Source: an uncultured Clostridia bacterium
GTDB taxonomy: Bacteria > Bacillota > Clostridia > UBA1381 > UMGS1253
Assembly (NCBI GenBank): GCA_934457145.1
Contig: CAKSHP010000004.1
Coordinates: 37,026 to 101,025 of the forward strand
DNA: 64,000 nt
Direction of reading: 5' to 3'
This document shows, piece by piece, positions 45,372-55,902 of this stretch. The translations under genes and the position numbers were made by a program. The notes under the pieces were generated by a model that made no database searches, was not told where the DNA came from, and saw only the letters and a program-made list of their open reading frames with translations. Every line of letters starts with the position of its first letter. Positions within the stretch are counted from its first letter, which is position 1.

Positions 45372-46247
45372 ATGATATTTGATATAAAGAGGTTTGCCGT
45401 TCATGACGGCAACGGAATACGGACAACAGTGTTTTTTAAAGGGTGTCCTTTAAAGTGCGTTTGGTGTCATAATCCGGAGGGGATAGGCTTTAAAAGCCAG
45501 ACGGCATACTATGAGGATAAATGCGTCCGCTGCGGCAGCTGTGTTTCGGTGTGTAAAAACGGCGCGCAAAAAATAGTTGACGGAAAGCATGTGTTTGAAA
45601 GAGAGAGGTGCACAGGCTGCGCAGAATGCGAAAAAGTCTGTCCGCAGGGAGCAATAAAGGTTTACGGGAAAAACATGATGGCAGAAGAAGTTGAAAAAAT
45701 TGTTTTAAAAGACAAAGATTTTTATGAAAGCTCCGGCGGAGGAGTTACGCTTTCGGGCGGAGAATGTTTAATGCAGCCTGAATTTTGCAAAGATATTTTA
45801 AAAAGATTAAAAGAAAAAAATATTAACACAGCCGTTGACACATGCGGATTTGTTTCAAGAGAAGCGATAGATAAGGTTATTGATTATACGGATATGTTTT
45901 TGTATGATATAAAAGCCTTTGACGAAGACGTGCATATAAAATGCTGCGGACATTCAAACAAAATTATACTGGACAATCTTTTATATATTAATTCAAGAAA
46001 CATAAAAACCGAAATACGCATACCATATGTTTATGGGTTTAATGATAATCAGACAGATAAAATATTTAAGTTTTTATCGGATTTAAAATGCATAAGTGCG
46101 GTGAAGATTTTGCCGTATCATAATTATGCGGGCTCAAAATATAAAGCTTTAAACATGGAAAATACGCTTCCCGAAATGACTGACGCAGCCGGGCAGATAG
46201 AAAAAGCAAGAAAAAAAGCAAGCTCATACGGGCTTTTATGCAAATAA
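45372..46247 (+). CDS. Glycyl-radical enzyme activating protein (radical SAM, with two auxiliary 4Fe-4S motifs)
   Basis: 291 aa with GCPLKCVWCHNPE (CxxxCxxC) plus CVRCGSCVSVC and CTGCAECEKVCP. Confidence 0.9.
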   Translation: MIFDIKRFAVHDGNGIRTTVFFKGCPLKCVWCHNPEGIGFKSQTAYYEDKCVRCGSCVSVCKNGAQKIVDGKHVFERERCTGCAECEKVCPQGAIKVYGKNMMAEEVEKIVLKDKDFYESSGGGVTLSGGECLMQPEFCKDILKRLKEKNINTAVDTCGFVSREAIDKVIDYTDMFLYDIKAFDEDVHIKCCGHSNKIILDNLLYINSRNIKTEIRIPYVYGFNDNQTDKIFKFLSDLKCISAVKILPYHNYAGSKYKALNMENTLPEMTDAAGQIEKARKKASSYGLLCK

Positions 46248-46258
46248 AAATGCTGTGT

Positions 46259-46299
46259 AAAAAACGAACGTCTGGCATTCGCCCTGCGTTCGTTTTTTT
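46259..46299 (+). terminator. Rho-independent terminator after the activase gene
   Basis: AAAAACGAACG ... CGTTCGTTTTTTT. Confidence 0.8.
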
Positions 46300-46309
46300 A
46301 ATAAAAATC

Positions 46310-46338
46310 TTGACATTTTAATATAGCGGTCATATAAT
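46310..46338 (+). promoter_or_regulatory. Consensus sigma-A promoter (TTGACA-17-TATAAT)
   Basis: TTGACA at 46310-46315 and TATAAT at 46333-46338. The -10 box ends 1 nt before the ORF-track ATG (46340), which argues for the downstream start at 46385. Confidence 0.6.
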
Positions 46339-46384
46339 TATGAAAAAGACGGCTACAGGAAAGAAAAAAGTGGGGAATGTTGAT

Positions 46385-47197
46385 ATGTTTGAAGATATTT
46401 ATCCCTTTTGCGCGGAAAATGAAAGTCCGTTTGAGATAAGCCTTTGCGGAATATCATATTGCGACGGCAGCTATAAAATAGAGCGGAAAAAATCCGACAT
46501 AAACGTGATAGAATATATCGTTTCGGGAAACGGCAGAGTAAATGAAAATAAAAATGCTTTTAATGCCGGAGAGGGCGATGTCTATTTTTTAAAGCACGGC
46601 AGAGATCACCTTTATTTTTCTGACGCGGACAACCCGTGGGTTAAAATATGGTTTAATTTTAAGGGCGAATTTGCCGATGCGGTAACGAGGTGTTATAATC
46701 TTGAAAACTGCGCGCATTTTCATGCTCCGCAGCTTAGAGATGATTTTGAAGAAGTTATAAAAATGGCAAAAACCGAAACGAAAACAGAGGAGTTTTTCGA
46801 AAAATCGGCGGCAATATTTTTAAAAATTGCGCAAAAGCTTTCAAAACTGAAAAACGAAGAAACAAATAAAAAATCGCAGGTTGCGCAGCTTTTGAAAAAC
46901 AAAATCGATAACAGCGCGGACATTAACAGGCCTTTTGAAGATATACTAAAAGAGCTTTTTTGTTCAAAATGCCATGCAATAAGAGAGTTTAGAAAAGCAT
47001 ACAATATAACGCCGTATGCCTATATTTTAAACAAAAAATTCGAAACCGCAAAAATGCTTTTAACAAACACGGCGCTGCCTGTGGGAGCTATTGCCGAAAA
47101 GCTCGGATTTTGCGATTTACAGTATTTTTGCGTGAGCTTTAAAAAGAGGTTTTCTGTAACGCCGACGGACTATCGAAAAAACAAAACGGAAAAATAA
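46385..47197 (+). CDS. AraC-family transcriptional regulator (cupin + HTH)
   Basis: About 270 aa from MFEDIYPF (RBS GTGGGGA). Has a cupin-like N-half and a C-terminal HTH (GFCDLQYFCVSFKKRFSVTPTDYR). The in-frame ATG at 46340 is an alternative start. Confidence 0.85.
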   Translation: MFEDIYPFCAENESPFEISLCGISYCDGSYKIERKKSDINVIEYIVSGNGRVNENKNAFNAGEGDVYFLKHGRDHLYFSDADNPWVKIWFNFKGEFADAVTRCYNLENCAHFHAPQLRDDFEEVIKMAKTETKTEEFFEKSAAIFLKIAQKLSKLKNEETNKKSQVAQLLKNKIDNSADINRPFEDILKELFCSKCHAIREFRKAYNITPYAYILNKKFETAKMLLTNTALPVGAIAEKLGFCDLQYFCVSFKKRFSVTPTDYRKNKTEK

Positions 47198-47288
47198 AAT
47201 TAAAAAAATATTTGACAAACGGCGAAAAATATAGTAATGTAAAAAGGTGTATTGTTATATAACGATAAACGGGAAGGGGTATGAATGA

Positions 47289-48479
47289 ATGCCTCAGACA
47301 GATGATGAAAGAAAAATTTTATGGATATGGCTTAAAGATATTTTTAAGTTTTCCGATGTAAAGGTGTTTAGCCTTGTTGAAATTTTCGGCTCGGCAGAAA
47401 ATATTTATAAGGCAGACAGCAATGATTTTAAAAATATCAAAGGACTTTTGCAAAAAGAAATTAATATGCTTTGCGCAAAAGATTTAAGCCGGGCTCAAAA
47501 GACATATGAAAACGCATTAAAATCGGGCACAGACATTATATTAATGCAAGAGGACAGATATCCGTATCTTCTTAAGCAGATTTATCAGCCGCCGCCGGTT
47601 TTGTATGTAAAAGGCAATATAGAATGTGTAAAAGACAGGCTTGTAATTGCCGGCGTCGGAACGAGAAAATGCGATGATATATCTGCAAAAATAATGACAA
47701 ATATCGCATGCGATCTTGCAAAGGCAGGAATAGTTATAGTAAGCGGTATGGCAAAAGGAATTGACTCTGCGGCACACCGCGGCGCTCTGGCAGCCGGCGG
47801 AATAACCGCCGCAGTTTTAGGCACGGCAATAGACAAAATTTATCCGGCCGAAAACCGCGAGCTTTATTATAATATAATAGAAAGCGGCGGAGCGGTAATA
47901 TCAGAGCATCCGCCCGGATACTACGGCTTTAAGTCCGACTTTGTGCTAAGAAACCGAATAATAGCCGGTCTGTCGCACGGAGTGCTGGTATGCAGAGCGC
48001 CTGTGGCAAGCGGAAGCTTAACAACAGCGCGCGCGGCATTGGATTTCGGGCGCGACACATTTTGCGTTCCGGGAGACGCAACAGCTGAGAACGAAGGCTC
48101 GAACCGACTTATAATGGACGGATGCGCAAAAATGATTTTGTCTGCAAAAGACATTATAGAAGAGTATGCGCAAAGCGGCGTATATTACAATTTTTCACCG
48201 GAAAAAATAAAAGAACAGGAAATAAAAAAATTGCAGCCTTTAGATGATAAAGCGGATAAAATTCAAATCTTTGAGAAAAACAAAGAGGAAGGAAAGTATG
48301 AAGCTTTGGATGAAAATCAAAGAAAAGTGGTCATGTATGTAAAGGATAAAAGAATTTTATCAGAGGATATCTGCCAGGCGCTTGGCATGGATGCAAAGGT
48401 GTTGTCGGCAATGATTACAGAGCTTGAAATTGACGATATTTTAACAAACGACAACGGATACATTTCTTTAAATATATAA
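47289..48479 (+). CDS. dprA: DNA-processing protein A
   Basis: 396 aa with a Rossmann-like DprA core containing VSGMAKGIDSAAHRGAL. Confidence 0.9.
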   Translation: MPQTDDERKILWIWLKDIFKFSDVKVFSLVEIFGSAENIYKADSNDFKNIKGLLQKEINMLCAKDLSRAQKTYENALKSGTDIILMQEDRYPYLLKQIYQPPPVLYVKGNIECVKDRLVIAGVGTRKCDDISAKIMTNIACDLAKAGIVIVSGMAKGIDSAAHRGALAAGGITAAVLGTAIDKIYPAENRELYYNIIESGGAVISEHPPGYYGFKSDFVLRNRIIAGLSHGVLVCRAPVASGSLTTARAALDFGRDTFCVPGDATAENEGSNRLIMDGCAKMILSAKDIIEEYAQSGVYYNFSPEKIKEQEIKKLQPLDDKADKIQIFEKNKEEGKYEALDENQRKVVMYVKDKRILSEDICQALGMDAKVLSAMITELEIDDILTNDNGYISLNI

Positions 48480-48504
48480 GCAAAACATATATGGAGGGGT
48501 TAAA

Positions 48505-50598
48505 ATGGCAAAAAAGCTTGTTATAGTGGAGTCGCCGTCGAAGGCGGAAACAATAAAAAAATATCTCGGCACAGGGTATAATGTGTCGGCGTCTATGGGA
48601 CATATTATCGATTTGCCGAAAAGCAGTCTCGGTATTGACGTTGATGCCGACTTTGAACCGAAATATATCACTATAAGAGGAAAGGGCGATTTGCTTACAA
48701 AACTTAAAAAAGAAGCAAAAGCTGCCGATAAAGTGTTTTTGGCAACAGACCCTGACCGCGAGGGAGAGGCTATAAGCTGGCATCTTGCATCGGCGCTTAA
48801 TATTGATAAAGAACAGCAGGTGCGCGTTTGTTTTAACGAAATCACGAAAACCGCCGTTCAAAAAGCAATAAAGCAGCCGAGAAAAATAAACGAGGATTTG
48901 GTTGACGCACAGCAGGCGCGCCGCGTACTTGACAGAATAGTGGGTTATAAAATAAGCCCTATTCTCTGGAAGAAAATAAAAAAAGGACTCAGCGCCGGCA
49001 GAGTACAGAGTGTGGCGGCAAGGCTTATATGCGACAGAGAAGACGAAATCGAAGCGTTCACGCCGAGAGAATACTGGTCAATCGGCGCAACGCTTGTTGA
49101 GCCTAAAAGCAAAAAGGAGTTTAAAGCTTCTTTTTACGGAACAAAAAAAGAAAAAATCGAACCCGAAACGCAGGCTCAGGCAGATGATATAATAAAGAAT
49201 TTAGACGGCGCGCAATATGTTGTTGAAAGCATAAAAACAACTCTGTCAAAAAGAAATCCACAGTCTCCGTTTACAACCTCTACAATGCAGCAGGAGGCTT
49301 CAAGAAAGATAAACTTTCAGTCTAAAAAAACAATGCAGATTGCGCAGAACCTGTATGAAGGCGTGACGGTTAAAGGGTATGGAAAAATAGGTCTTATATC
49401 CTATATGCGTACCGACTCCATACGAATTGCCGACGAGGCGCTTGCAGCAGTCAGAGATTATATAACATCCGAATACGGCAAAAATTATCTTCCGGATAAG
49501 GCAAGAGTGTTTAAATCAAAAAAGACTGCTCAGGACGCGCACGAAGCGATAAGACCGACAAACGTGTCGATTACGCCGGAAAGCGTGAAAGGTCAGATAA
49601 CAAACGACCAGTACAAGCTCTATAAGCTGATTTGGGAAAGGTTTGTTGCCTGCCAGATGGAAAACGCATCTATTGAAAATGTTGCATGTGATATAAGCGC
49701 AAAGGATTATTTGTTTAAAGCAAGCGGCTCAAGAGTGGTTTTTGACGGATATATGAAAATTTATATTGAAGGAAGCGACTCAAAAGAGGAAAAACAAAAG
49801 ATGCTGCCAAAGCTTGAAGAAAAGCAAAGCGTTGATTTAAAAGAGCTTGAAGGAAAACAGCACTTTACTCAGCCGCCCGCAAGATACACAGAAGCGACGC
49901 TTATAAAGGCGCTTGAAGAGGACGGCATAGGCAGACCTTCGACGTATATGCCGACTATCACAACCATACTTGCAAGAGGTTATGTTGCAAGAGAGAAAAA
50001 AAGCTTTATTCCGACGGAGCTCGGACGAATTACAACCGAGCTTTTGAAAAAGAATTTTGAAAATATTGTTGATGTTGACTTCACGGCGAACATGGAAGAA
50101 CAGTTAGACGAGGTTGAAGACGGAAAAATAGAGTGGAAAAGCGTTATACGAAAGTTTTATGATCCGTTTATCCGTGAAGTGAATAAGGCCGAAGAAGAAG
50201 TTGGCAAAATTGAAATTGCGCCTGAGGTTTCAGATGTCGCATGCGAAAAATGCGGACGCATGATGGTATATAAAATGGGCAGATACGGGAAATTTCTTGC
50301 GTGTCCCGGGTATCCCGAATGTAAAAACGCAAAGGCAATCAGAATTGAAACCGGGGTAAAATGCCCGAAATGCGGCGGAGAAATTCTTCAAAAGAAAAGC
50401 AAAGCCGGACGGGTTTATTTCGGCTGCGAAAACAACACGAAATGCGATTTTATGACATGGGATATGCCGCTTAAAGATAAAAAGTGTCCGAAATGCGGCG
50501 GGCCGCTGTTTAAAAAGAATGCAAGAGGCGGCGGAAAAACGGTTTGCGTAAAAGAAGGATGCGGATATGAGACAGGCGGTAAGACTAATGAAAAATAA
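48505..50598 (+). CDS. topA: DNA topoisomerase I
   Basis: 697 aa with TOPRIM motifs ([17 protein letters not shown]), an active-site Tyr region (SYMRTDS), and C-terminal Cys4 zinc ribbons (CEKCG..CPGYPEC, CPKCGG). Confidence 0.97.
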   Translation: MAKKLVIVESPSKAETIKKYLGTGYNVSASMGHIIDLPKSSLGIDVDADFEPKYITIRGKGDLLTKLKKEAKAADKVFLATDPDREGEAISWHLASALNIDKEQQVRVCFNEITKTAVQKAIKQPRKINEDLVDAQQARRVLDRIVGYKISPILWKKIKKGLSAGRVQSVAARLICDREDEIEAFTPREYWSIGATLVEPKSKKEFKASFYGTKKEKIEPETQAQADDIIKNLDGAQYVVESIKTTLSKRNPQSPFTTSTMQQEASRKINFQSKKTMQIAQNLYEGVTVKGYGKIGLISYMRTDSIRIADEALAAVRDYITSEYGKNYLPDKARVFKSKKTAQDAHEAIRPTNVSITPESVKGQITNDQYKLYKLIWERFVACQMENASIENVACDISAKDYLFKASGSRVVFDGYMKIYIEGSDSKEEKQKMLPKLEEKQSVDLKELEGKQHFTQPPARYTEATLIKALEEDGIGRPSTYMPTITTILARGYVAREKKSFIPTELGRITTELLKKNFENIVDVDFTANMEEQLDEVEDGKIEWKSVIRKFYDPFIREVNKAEEEVGKIEIAPEVSDVACEKCGRMMVYKMGRYGKFLACPGYPECKNAKAIRIETGVKCPKCGGEILQKKSKAGRVYFGCENNTKCDFMTWDMPLKDKKCPKCGGPLFKKNARGGGKTVCVKEGCGYETGGKTNEK

Positions 50599-51913
50599 TG
50601 AAGTTAAAGTTATCGGAGCGGGGCTTGCGGGCTGTGAGGCGGCATGGCAGCTGGCAAACCGGGGCATAAAGGTTAAGCTTTATGAAATGAAGCCTGTTTA
50701 CCGCTCGCCGGCTCATAAAACGGATGATTTTGCCGAGCTTGTGTGCAGCAATTCTTTAAGAAGCGACCAGACGGCAAATGCCGTGGGGCTTTTAAAAGAG
50801 GAAATGCGTATGTTAAATTCTCTTATAATAAGCTGTGCGGATGAAACAAGAGTGCCGGCAGGCGGCGCGCTGGCAGTTGACCGTGACGGTTTTTCAAAGC
50901 TTGTAACAAAAAAGATACATGACCATGAAAATATAGAGGTTATTTCAAAAAAGATTTCCAAAATTGATACTTTGGAAAACACGATTGTTGCCGCAGGACC
51001 TCTTTGCGCCGATGAGCTTGCGCAAAATATTAAAGAGCTGACGGAAAAAAGCGGCGGGTGTTTGCATTTTTTTGATGCGGCGGCGCCAATCGTAACAAAA
51101 GAGAGCATTGATATGACAAAGGCGTTTTTTGCTGCAAGATATGACAGAGGAACGCCCGATTATATAAACTGTCCCATGACAAAAGAAGAATATGAAACGT
51201 TTTATAACGAGCTTATAAATGCAAAGGAGGCGCCGGTGCATGAATTTGAAAACTTTAAGGTTTTTGAAGGCTGTATGCCGGTTGAGGTTATGGCAAAAAG
51301 GGGACATGACACCCTTCTTTACGGACCTTTAAAGCCTGTTGGGCTAACGAATCCCAAAACCGGTAAGGATGATTGCTTTGCCGTTGTTCAGCTTCGTCAG
51401 GACAACAAAGACGCAAGCCTGTATAACATTGTCGGCTTTCAAACGCATCTTAAATTCGGGGAGCAAAAAAGAGTGTTTTCATTAATACCGGGGCTTGAAA
51501 ATGCGGAATTTGTGCGCTACGGCGTTATGCACAGAAACACTTTTATAAACTCGCCGAAGCTTTTAAATAAATACTATCAGTCAAACGATTATGAAAATCT
51601 GTTCTTTGCGGGCCAGATTACAGGTGTTGAAGGATATGTAGAGTCGGCAGCGTCGGGACTTTTGAGCGCGATAAACATGGCAAGAAGAATTTCGGGCAAA
51701 GAAATGGTTGACTTTACAAAAGCGACGGCGATAGGCGCTTTGGCAAATTATATAAGCAATGTTACAGTCGAAAAGTTTCAGCCGATGAACGTTAATTTCG
51801 GTATAATGGAAAAACTCGGCGATAAGGTGCGCAAAAAACGCGAAAGATATGAAAAAATTTCAGAAAAGGCAATAAAAAAACTAAGCGAAATAATAAAATC
51901 AAAGGAAGTGTAG
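50588..51913 (+). CDS. trmFO: Methylenetetrahydrofolate--tRNA-(uracil54-C5)-methyltransferase TrmFO
   Basis: Starts at [23 protein letters not shown], with the ATG overlapping the end of topA. It is in the conserved dprA-topA-trmFO order. Confidence 0.92.
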   Translation: MKNNEVKVIGAGLAGCEAAWQLANRGIKVKLYEMKPVYRSPAHKTDDFAELVCSNSLRSDQTANAVGLLKEEMRMLNSLIISCADETRVPAGGALAVDRDGFSKLVTKKIHDHENIEVISKKISKIDTLENTIVAAGPLCADELAQNIKELTEKSGGCLHFFDAAAPIVTKESIDMTKAFFAARYDRGTPDYINCPMTKEEYETFYNELINAKEAPVHEFENFKVFEGCMPVEVMAKRGHDTLLYGPLKPVGLTNPKTGKDDCFAVVQLRQDNKDASLYNIVGFQTHLKFGEQKRVFSLIPGLENAEFVRYGVMHRNTFINSPKLLNKYYQSNDYENLFFAGQITGVEGYVESAASGLLSAINMARRISGKEMVDFTKATAIGALANYISNVTVEKFQPMNVNFGIMEKLGDKVRKKRERYEKISEKAIKKLSEIIKSKEV

Positions 51914-51917
51914 TAAA

Positions 51918-52898
51918 ATGCTGTATCTGATGAAAATGCAGCCCGTTTTTAAACAGTATATCTGGGGCGGCACGGGATTTAAAGATAAGTTTGGAATGCA
52001 AACCGGAACCGACACGGCAAGCGAGGCATGGATGGTGTCGGCAAATAAAAACGGCAAAAGCATTATTGCAAACGGAGATTTAAAAAACAAAACAATCGAT
52101 GAGGCATATGAAAGCCTTAAAGAAAAGCTTGCCGGCGATGAAATTTATAAAAAATACGGAATGCATTTTCCGCTGCTTGTTAAGTTTTTAGACTGCGCAG
52201 ACAAATTATCCGTTCAGGTTCATCCTGATGATAAATATGCGATGGAAAACGAAAACACGCGCTTTGGAAAAACCGAAATGTGGTATATATTAGACGCAAA
52301 GGAAAACGCAAAGCTTATATACGGATTTAATAAAGACGTTACAAAACAGGAGTTTGAAGAGGCAATTGAAAAAGGAAGCCTGAGCGATATTTTAAATTAC
52401 GTAAGTGTTAAAGCGGGAGATACTTTTTATATTAAATCGGGCACGCTTCATGCTCTTTTAGACGGCCTTATGGTGGCTGAAATTCAGCAAAATTCAGACA
52501 CGACATACCGCGTTTACGATTATGACAGAAAAGATAAAAACGGAAATAAAAGAGAGCTGCATATTAAAAAATCCTTAGACGTTACAAGCCTTGAAAGCTC
52601 GAAGGGAAAAGAACATGTTAAAACAAGCGAAACTTTGGATGCAAACGGCAATAAAAAAACGCATCTGGTTGAATGCGAATGTTTTAACACGGATAAATAC
52701 GAAATAAAAGAAAAAGCAGAATTTTCCTCGCTTGAAAGCAGTTTTGATATATTGATTTTTACAAAAGGGGAAGCAAAGGTAGTATGCGAATTTAACGAAG
52801 TTTCGGTTAAAGCGGGCGAATGCATACTCGTTCCGGCATATTTGGGAAAATATTTTGTTAAAGGAAACTGCGAGCTTTTAAAAAGCTATGCAAAATAA
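51918..52898 (+). CDS. manA: Class I mannose-6-phosphate isomerase (cupin)
   Basis: 326 aa with KFLDCADKLSVQVHPDD, GKTEMWYIL and a later H in GTLHAL. Confidence 0.8.
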   Translation: MLYLMKMQPVFKQYIWGGTGFKDKFGMQTGTDTASEAWMVSANKNGKSIIANGDLKNKTIDEAYESLKEKLAGDEIYKKYGMHFPLLVKFLDCADKLSVQVHPDDKYAMENENTRFGKTEMWYILDAKENAKLIYGFNKDVTKQEFEEAIEKGSLSDILNYVSVKAGDTFYIKSGTLHALLDGLMVAEIQQNSDTTYRVYDYDRKDKNGNKRELHIKKSLDVTSLESSKGKEHVKTSETLDANGNKKTHLVECECFNTDKYEIKEKAEFSSLESSFDILIFTKGEAKVVCEFNEVSVKAGECILVPAYLGKYFVKGNCELLKSYAK

Positions 52899-52920
52899 TA
52901 AAAAATAATAATGGTTTATA

Positions 52921-52957
52921 AAAAGATACCGGCAAAAAATGCGGTATCTTTTTTTGT
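52921..52957 (+). terminator. Rho-independent terminator after manA
   Basis: AGATACCG-GCAAAAAAT-GCGGTATCT (8-bp stem AGATACCG/CGGTATCT) followed by TTTTTTT. Confidence 0.85.
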
Positions 52958-53038
52958 ATCGTAACGAAAAAAATAATTTTGCATATTATGCTTTTAGAAG
53001 CGTGACACATAAATAAAAATATAGAAGGTGATTTGTTA

Positions 53039-53287
53039 ATGAATAATGATATTTGCGATATGACGCAGCTTAAAGCCGGACAGAGTGCGGTTGTTGAATG
53101 TATTGATATATATACAAACATGCGGCGCAGACTTTTAGACATCGGCTTGGTGTGCGGAACAAAGATAGAGTGTGTGCTGAAAAGTCCGGCAAAGGATCCT
53201 GCGGCATATAAAATACGCGGAGCGGTTATTGCTATCAGAAATGACGATGCAAAAAAAATTAAATGCAAAATAAAATTTCCGGGGTGA
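53039..53287 (+). CDS. feoA: Ferrous iron transport protein A
   Basis: 82 aa from the ATG at 53039 (RBS GAAGGTG). FeoA pattern: LKAGQSAVVECI...RRRLLDIGLVCGTKIE...IRGAVIAIRNDDAKKI. Confidence 0.85.
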   Translation: MNNDICDMTQLKAGQSAVVECIDIYTNMRRRLLDIGLVCGTKIECVLKSPAKDPAAYKIRGAVIAIRNDDAKKIKCKIKFPG

Positions 53288-53291
53288 TTGT

Positions 53292-55409
53292 ATGGGGCTT
53301 ATGGCTAAATCCGTTGGGAAAAACGTTTTGGACACAAAATGCAAACCACAAAAGAAAAACGAAAAAATAATAGCGCTTGCAGGCAATCCGAACGTCGGCA
53401 AAAGCACAGTCTTTAACGCACTTACCGGACTTCATCAGCACACGGGAAACTGGCCGGGGAAAACGGTCGGAAATGCACAGGGAAAAGTTGAATTCGACGG
53501 TGAGGAATATATTATATACGATCTTCCGGGAACATATTCTCTTATGGCTCATTCAAAGGAAGAAGAGGCTGCAAGAGATTTTATCTGCTTTGAAAAGCCC
53601 GATGCTGTTGCTGTGGTGTGCGACGCGTCGTGTCTTGAAAGAAATTTGAATTTAGTATTACAGACAATTGAAATAACAAAAAATGTTGTTGTGTGTGTAA
53701 ATTTAATGGATGAGGCGAAAAGAAAGGGAATAAGCGTTAATACAAATAAGCTGTCGAAACTGCTCGGTGTGCCGGTGGTTGCGATGTGTGCAAAAAAGAA
53801 AATAGGATTAAATCAAATGTTAAGGCAGATTAAAAACGTTTTAAAAAGGGACAGTAAAGAAACGTTTGAAATATCATACGGCGAAGATGTTAAAAAAGCG
53901 GCGAAAACGGTTTGCGCCTCGCTCGGCGATATAAAAATAAACAAAAATTGGCTTGCGCTCCGCCTTTTGGAGGGTGATGCGCAAAATATTTCAAATATAG
54001 AAAAATACATAGGCGTTTCGCTTTCGGATAATGATAATATAAAAAGTGCAGTACAAAACGCAAAACAGTTTTTAAAAGCGGATGAGTCCTTTTCGGATAA
54101 AATTGTTGAAAAAATCGTTTTCGAAGCAGAAAACATATTTAAACAAACCGTGAAAACCGATAATAAAAAATATAATGATTTTGATAAAAAAACGGATAAA
54201 ATTTTAACAGGCAGATTAACGGGTATACCCGTTATGATTGCGCTTTTGGCGGTTGTGTTTTGGATAACGGTATTCGGTGCAAATATTATATCCGATTTTT
54301 TGTCGGAAGCTTTTTTAATATGCGAAAGATTTATTTTAAGTTTTTTTGAGGGGCTGAATGTTTCGCCCGTTATATACAAACCGATTGTTTTCGGGATATA
54401 TCGGGTGAGCGCATGGGTTGTTTCGGTTATGCTTCCGCCGATGGCTATATTTTTTCCGCTTTTTACGCTGCTTGAGGATTTGGGGTATCTGCCAAGGGTT
54501 GCCTTTAATCTTGACCACTCTTTTAAAAAGTGCTGTGCATGCGGAAAACAGGCGCTGACCACCTGTATGGGATTTGGCTGCAATGCATGCGGAGTTGTGG
54601 GATGCAGAATAATAGATTCGCCAAGAGAGCGCCTTATTGCAATTATAACAAACAACTTTGTTCCGTGCAACGGAAGAATACCGCTGCTTATTATGATTGC
54701 CGCAATGTTTTTTTCGCCAAACGGCGGACTTGGCGGCGCGCTTGTGTGTGCACTGGCGCTGACGGGCGCTGTGGTTTTGGGAATTGCGGCAACGTTTTTG
54801 GCATCAAAAATATTGTCTGAAACAATTTTAAAAGGCGAAGCCTCGTCTTTTACGCTGGAGCTTCCGCCGTATCGAAAACCGCAGATAGGAAAAATTTTTT
54901 TACGCTCGGTTTTTGACAGAACGTTGTTTGTTTTGGGCAGAGCGGTTATGGTTGCGGCGCCTGCGGGGCTTGTGATATGGATTCTGGCAAACACGGCAGC
55001 CAATGGCAGACCGCTTCTTATACAGATAAGCGGATTTTTAGACCCGTTTGCAAAAATTCTTGGTTTTGACGGAGCTGTTTTGCTTGCGTTTATATTGGGA
55101 TTTCCGGCAAACGAACTTGTTATTCCGCTTATAATGATGATATATATGGCATCGTCGGAACTTATGCAGATTCCCGATTTGCTTATGCTTAAGGATTTGT
55201 TTTTAAAAAACGGCTGGAACGGCTGCACGGCTGTGTGTGTTATGCTTTTTTCTCTTATGCACTGGCCCTGCTCGACAACGATGCTCACCGTAAAAAAAGA
55301 AACGCAAAGTTTAAAATGGAGCGCGGCGGCGTTTTTGGTGCCGACTCTTTTCGGAATGGCAATATGTGCATTATTTAATTTTGCAGTTAAAATTTTAGGG
55401 TTATATTAA
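53292..55409 (+). CDS. feoB: Ferrous iron transport protein B
   Basis: 705 aa. The N-terminal G domain has GNPNVGKST and DLPGTYS, followed by a polytopic permease domain. Confidence 0.95.
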   Translation: MGLMAKSVGKNVLDTKCKPQKKNEKIIALAGNPNVGKSTVFNALTGLHQHTGNWPGKTVGNAQGKVEFDGEEYIIYDLPGTYSLMAHSKEEEAARDFICFEKPDAVAVVCDASCLERNLNLVLQTIEITKNVVVCVNLMDEAKRKGISVNTNKLSKLLGVPVVAMCAKKKIGLNQMLRQIKNVLKRDSKETFEISYGEDVKKAAKTVCASLGDIKINKNWLALRLLEGDAQNISNIEKYIGVSLSDNDNIKSAVQNAKQFLKADESFSDKIVEKIVFEAENIFKQTVKTDNKKYNDFDKKTDKILTGRLTGIPVMIALLAVVFWITVFGANIISDFLSEAFLICERFILSFFEGLNVSPVIYKPIVFGIYRVSAWVVSVMLPPMAIFFPLFTLLEDLGYLPRVAFNLDHSFKKCCACGKQALTTCMGFGCNACGVVGCRIIDSPRERLIAIITNNFVPCNGRIPLLIMIAAMFFSPNGGLGGALVCALALTGAVVLGIAATFLASKILSETILKGEASSFTLELPPYRKPQIGKIFLRSVFDRTLFVLGRAVMVAAPAGLVIWILANTAANGRPLLIQISGFLDPFAKILGFDGAVLLAFILGFPANELVIPLIMMIYMASSELMQIPDLLMLKDLFLKNGWNGCTAVCVMLFSLMHWPCSTTMLTVKKETQSLKWSAAAFLVPTLFGMAICALFNFAVKILGLY

Positions 55410-55453
55410 TTGAAAATGCGGAAAAAATAATCCTAAAAGGAGATGATTTAATT

Positions 55454-55885
55454 ATGAGTACGGACACGGTCGAGCTTTTAAAAGAATGCAATGCGGGAGT
55501 GAAGATGGGAGTTTGCGCAATTGAAGACGTTGAAGACAACGTTTCGGATAAAAGCTTTAAAAAAGTTCTTTCTCAAAACAAAAAAGAGCATCAGGATATC
55601 GGCAGCGAAATCCATGAAATTTTAAACAGTATGGATGAGGCGGGAAAAGAGCCGAATGTTATGGCTAAAGGAATGAGCTGGATAAAAACAAATGTGAAGA
55701 TTTCGTTAGACGACAGCGACAACACTATTGCAGATCTTATAACGGACGGCTGCAACATGGGGGTAAAGTCATTAAACAAATATTTAAATCAGTATAAAGC
55801 GGCAGACGAACAGTCGAAAAAAATTGCAAAAAAACTTATTGATTTGGAGCATGACTTAACGATTAATATAAGAAAGTATCTTTAA
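55454..55885 (+). CDS. Hypothetical helical protein with an internal two-fold repeat
   Basis: 143 aa with RBS AAAGGAG. The two halves share CN-x-GVK ... KK-[VL]-[LI] ... EH-x-D. No family confidently recognised. Confidence 0.55.
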   Translation: MSTDTVELLKECNAGVKMGVCAIEDVEDNVSDKSFKKVLSQNKKEHQDIGSEIHEILNSMDEAGKEPNVMAKGMSWIKTNVKISLDDSDNTIADLITDGCNMGVKSLNKYLNQYKAADEQSKKIAKKLIDLEHDLTINIRKYL

Positions 55886-55902
55886 AATTTTAGCAAAAGT
55901 GC

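Noticed and set aside
50230-50667. A 145-aa minus-strand ORF spanning the topA/trmFO junction, and similar antisense ORFs in the ligase genes (for example 61131-61682).
   Set aside because: They are antisense to well-supported genes, with no RBS and no motifs.
52973-52989. ATAATTTTGCATATTAT upstream of feoA, considered as a Fur box.
   Set aside because: Only a 5-bp ATAAT/ATTAT symmetry is present. It is a poor match to the 7-1-7 TGATAAT-n-ATTATCA motif and is not distinguishable from AT-rich background.
53813-55288. A 491-aa ORF on the minus strand, the longest antisense ORF in the window.
   Set aside because: It lies entirely antisense to feoB, whose G-domain and permease motifs are unambiguous. 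It has no RBS, low-complexity composition and no recognisable motifs. This is a typical shadow ORF.
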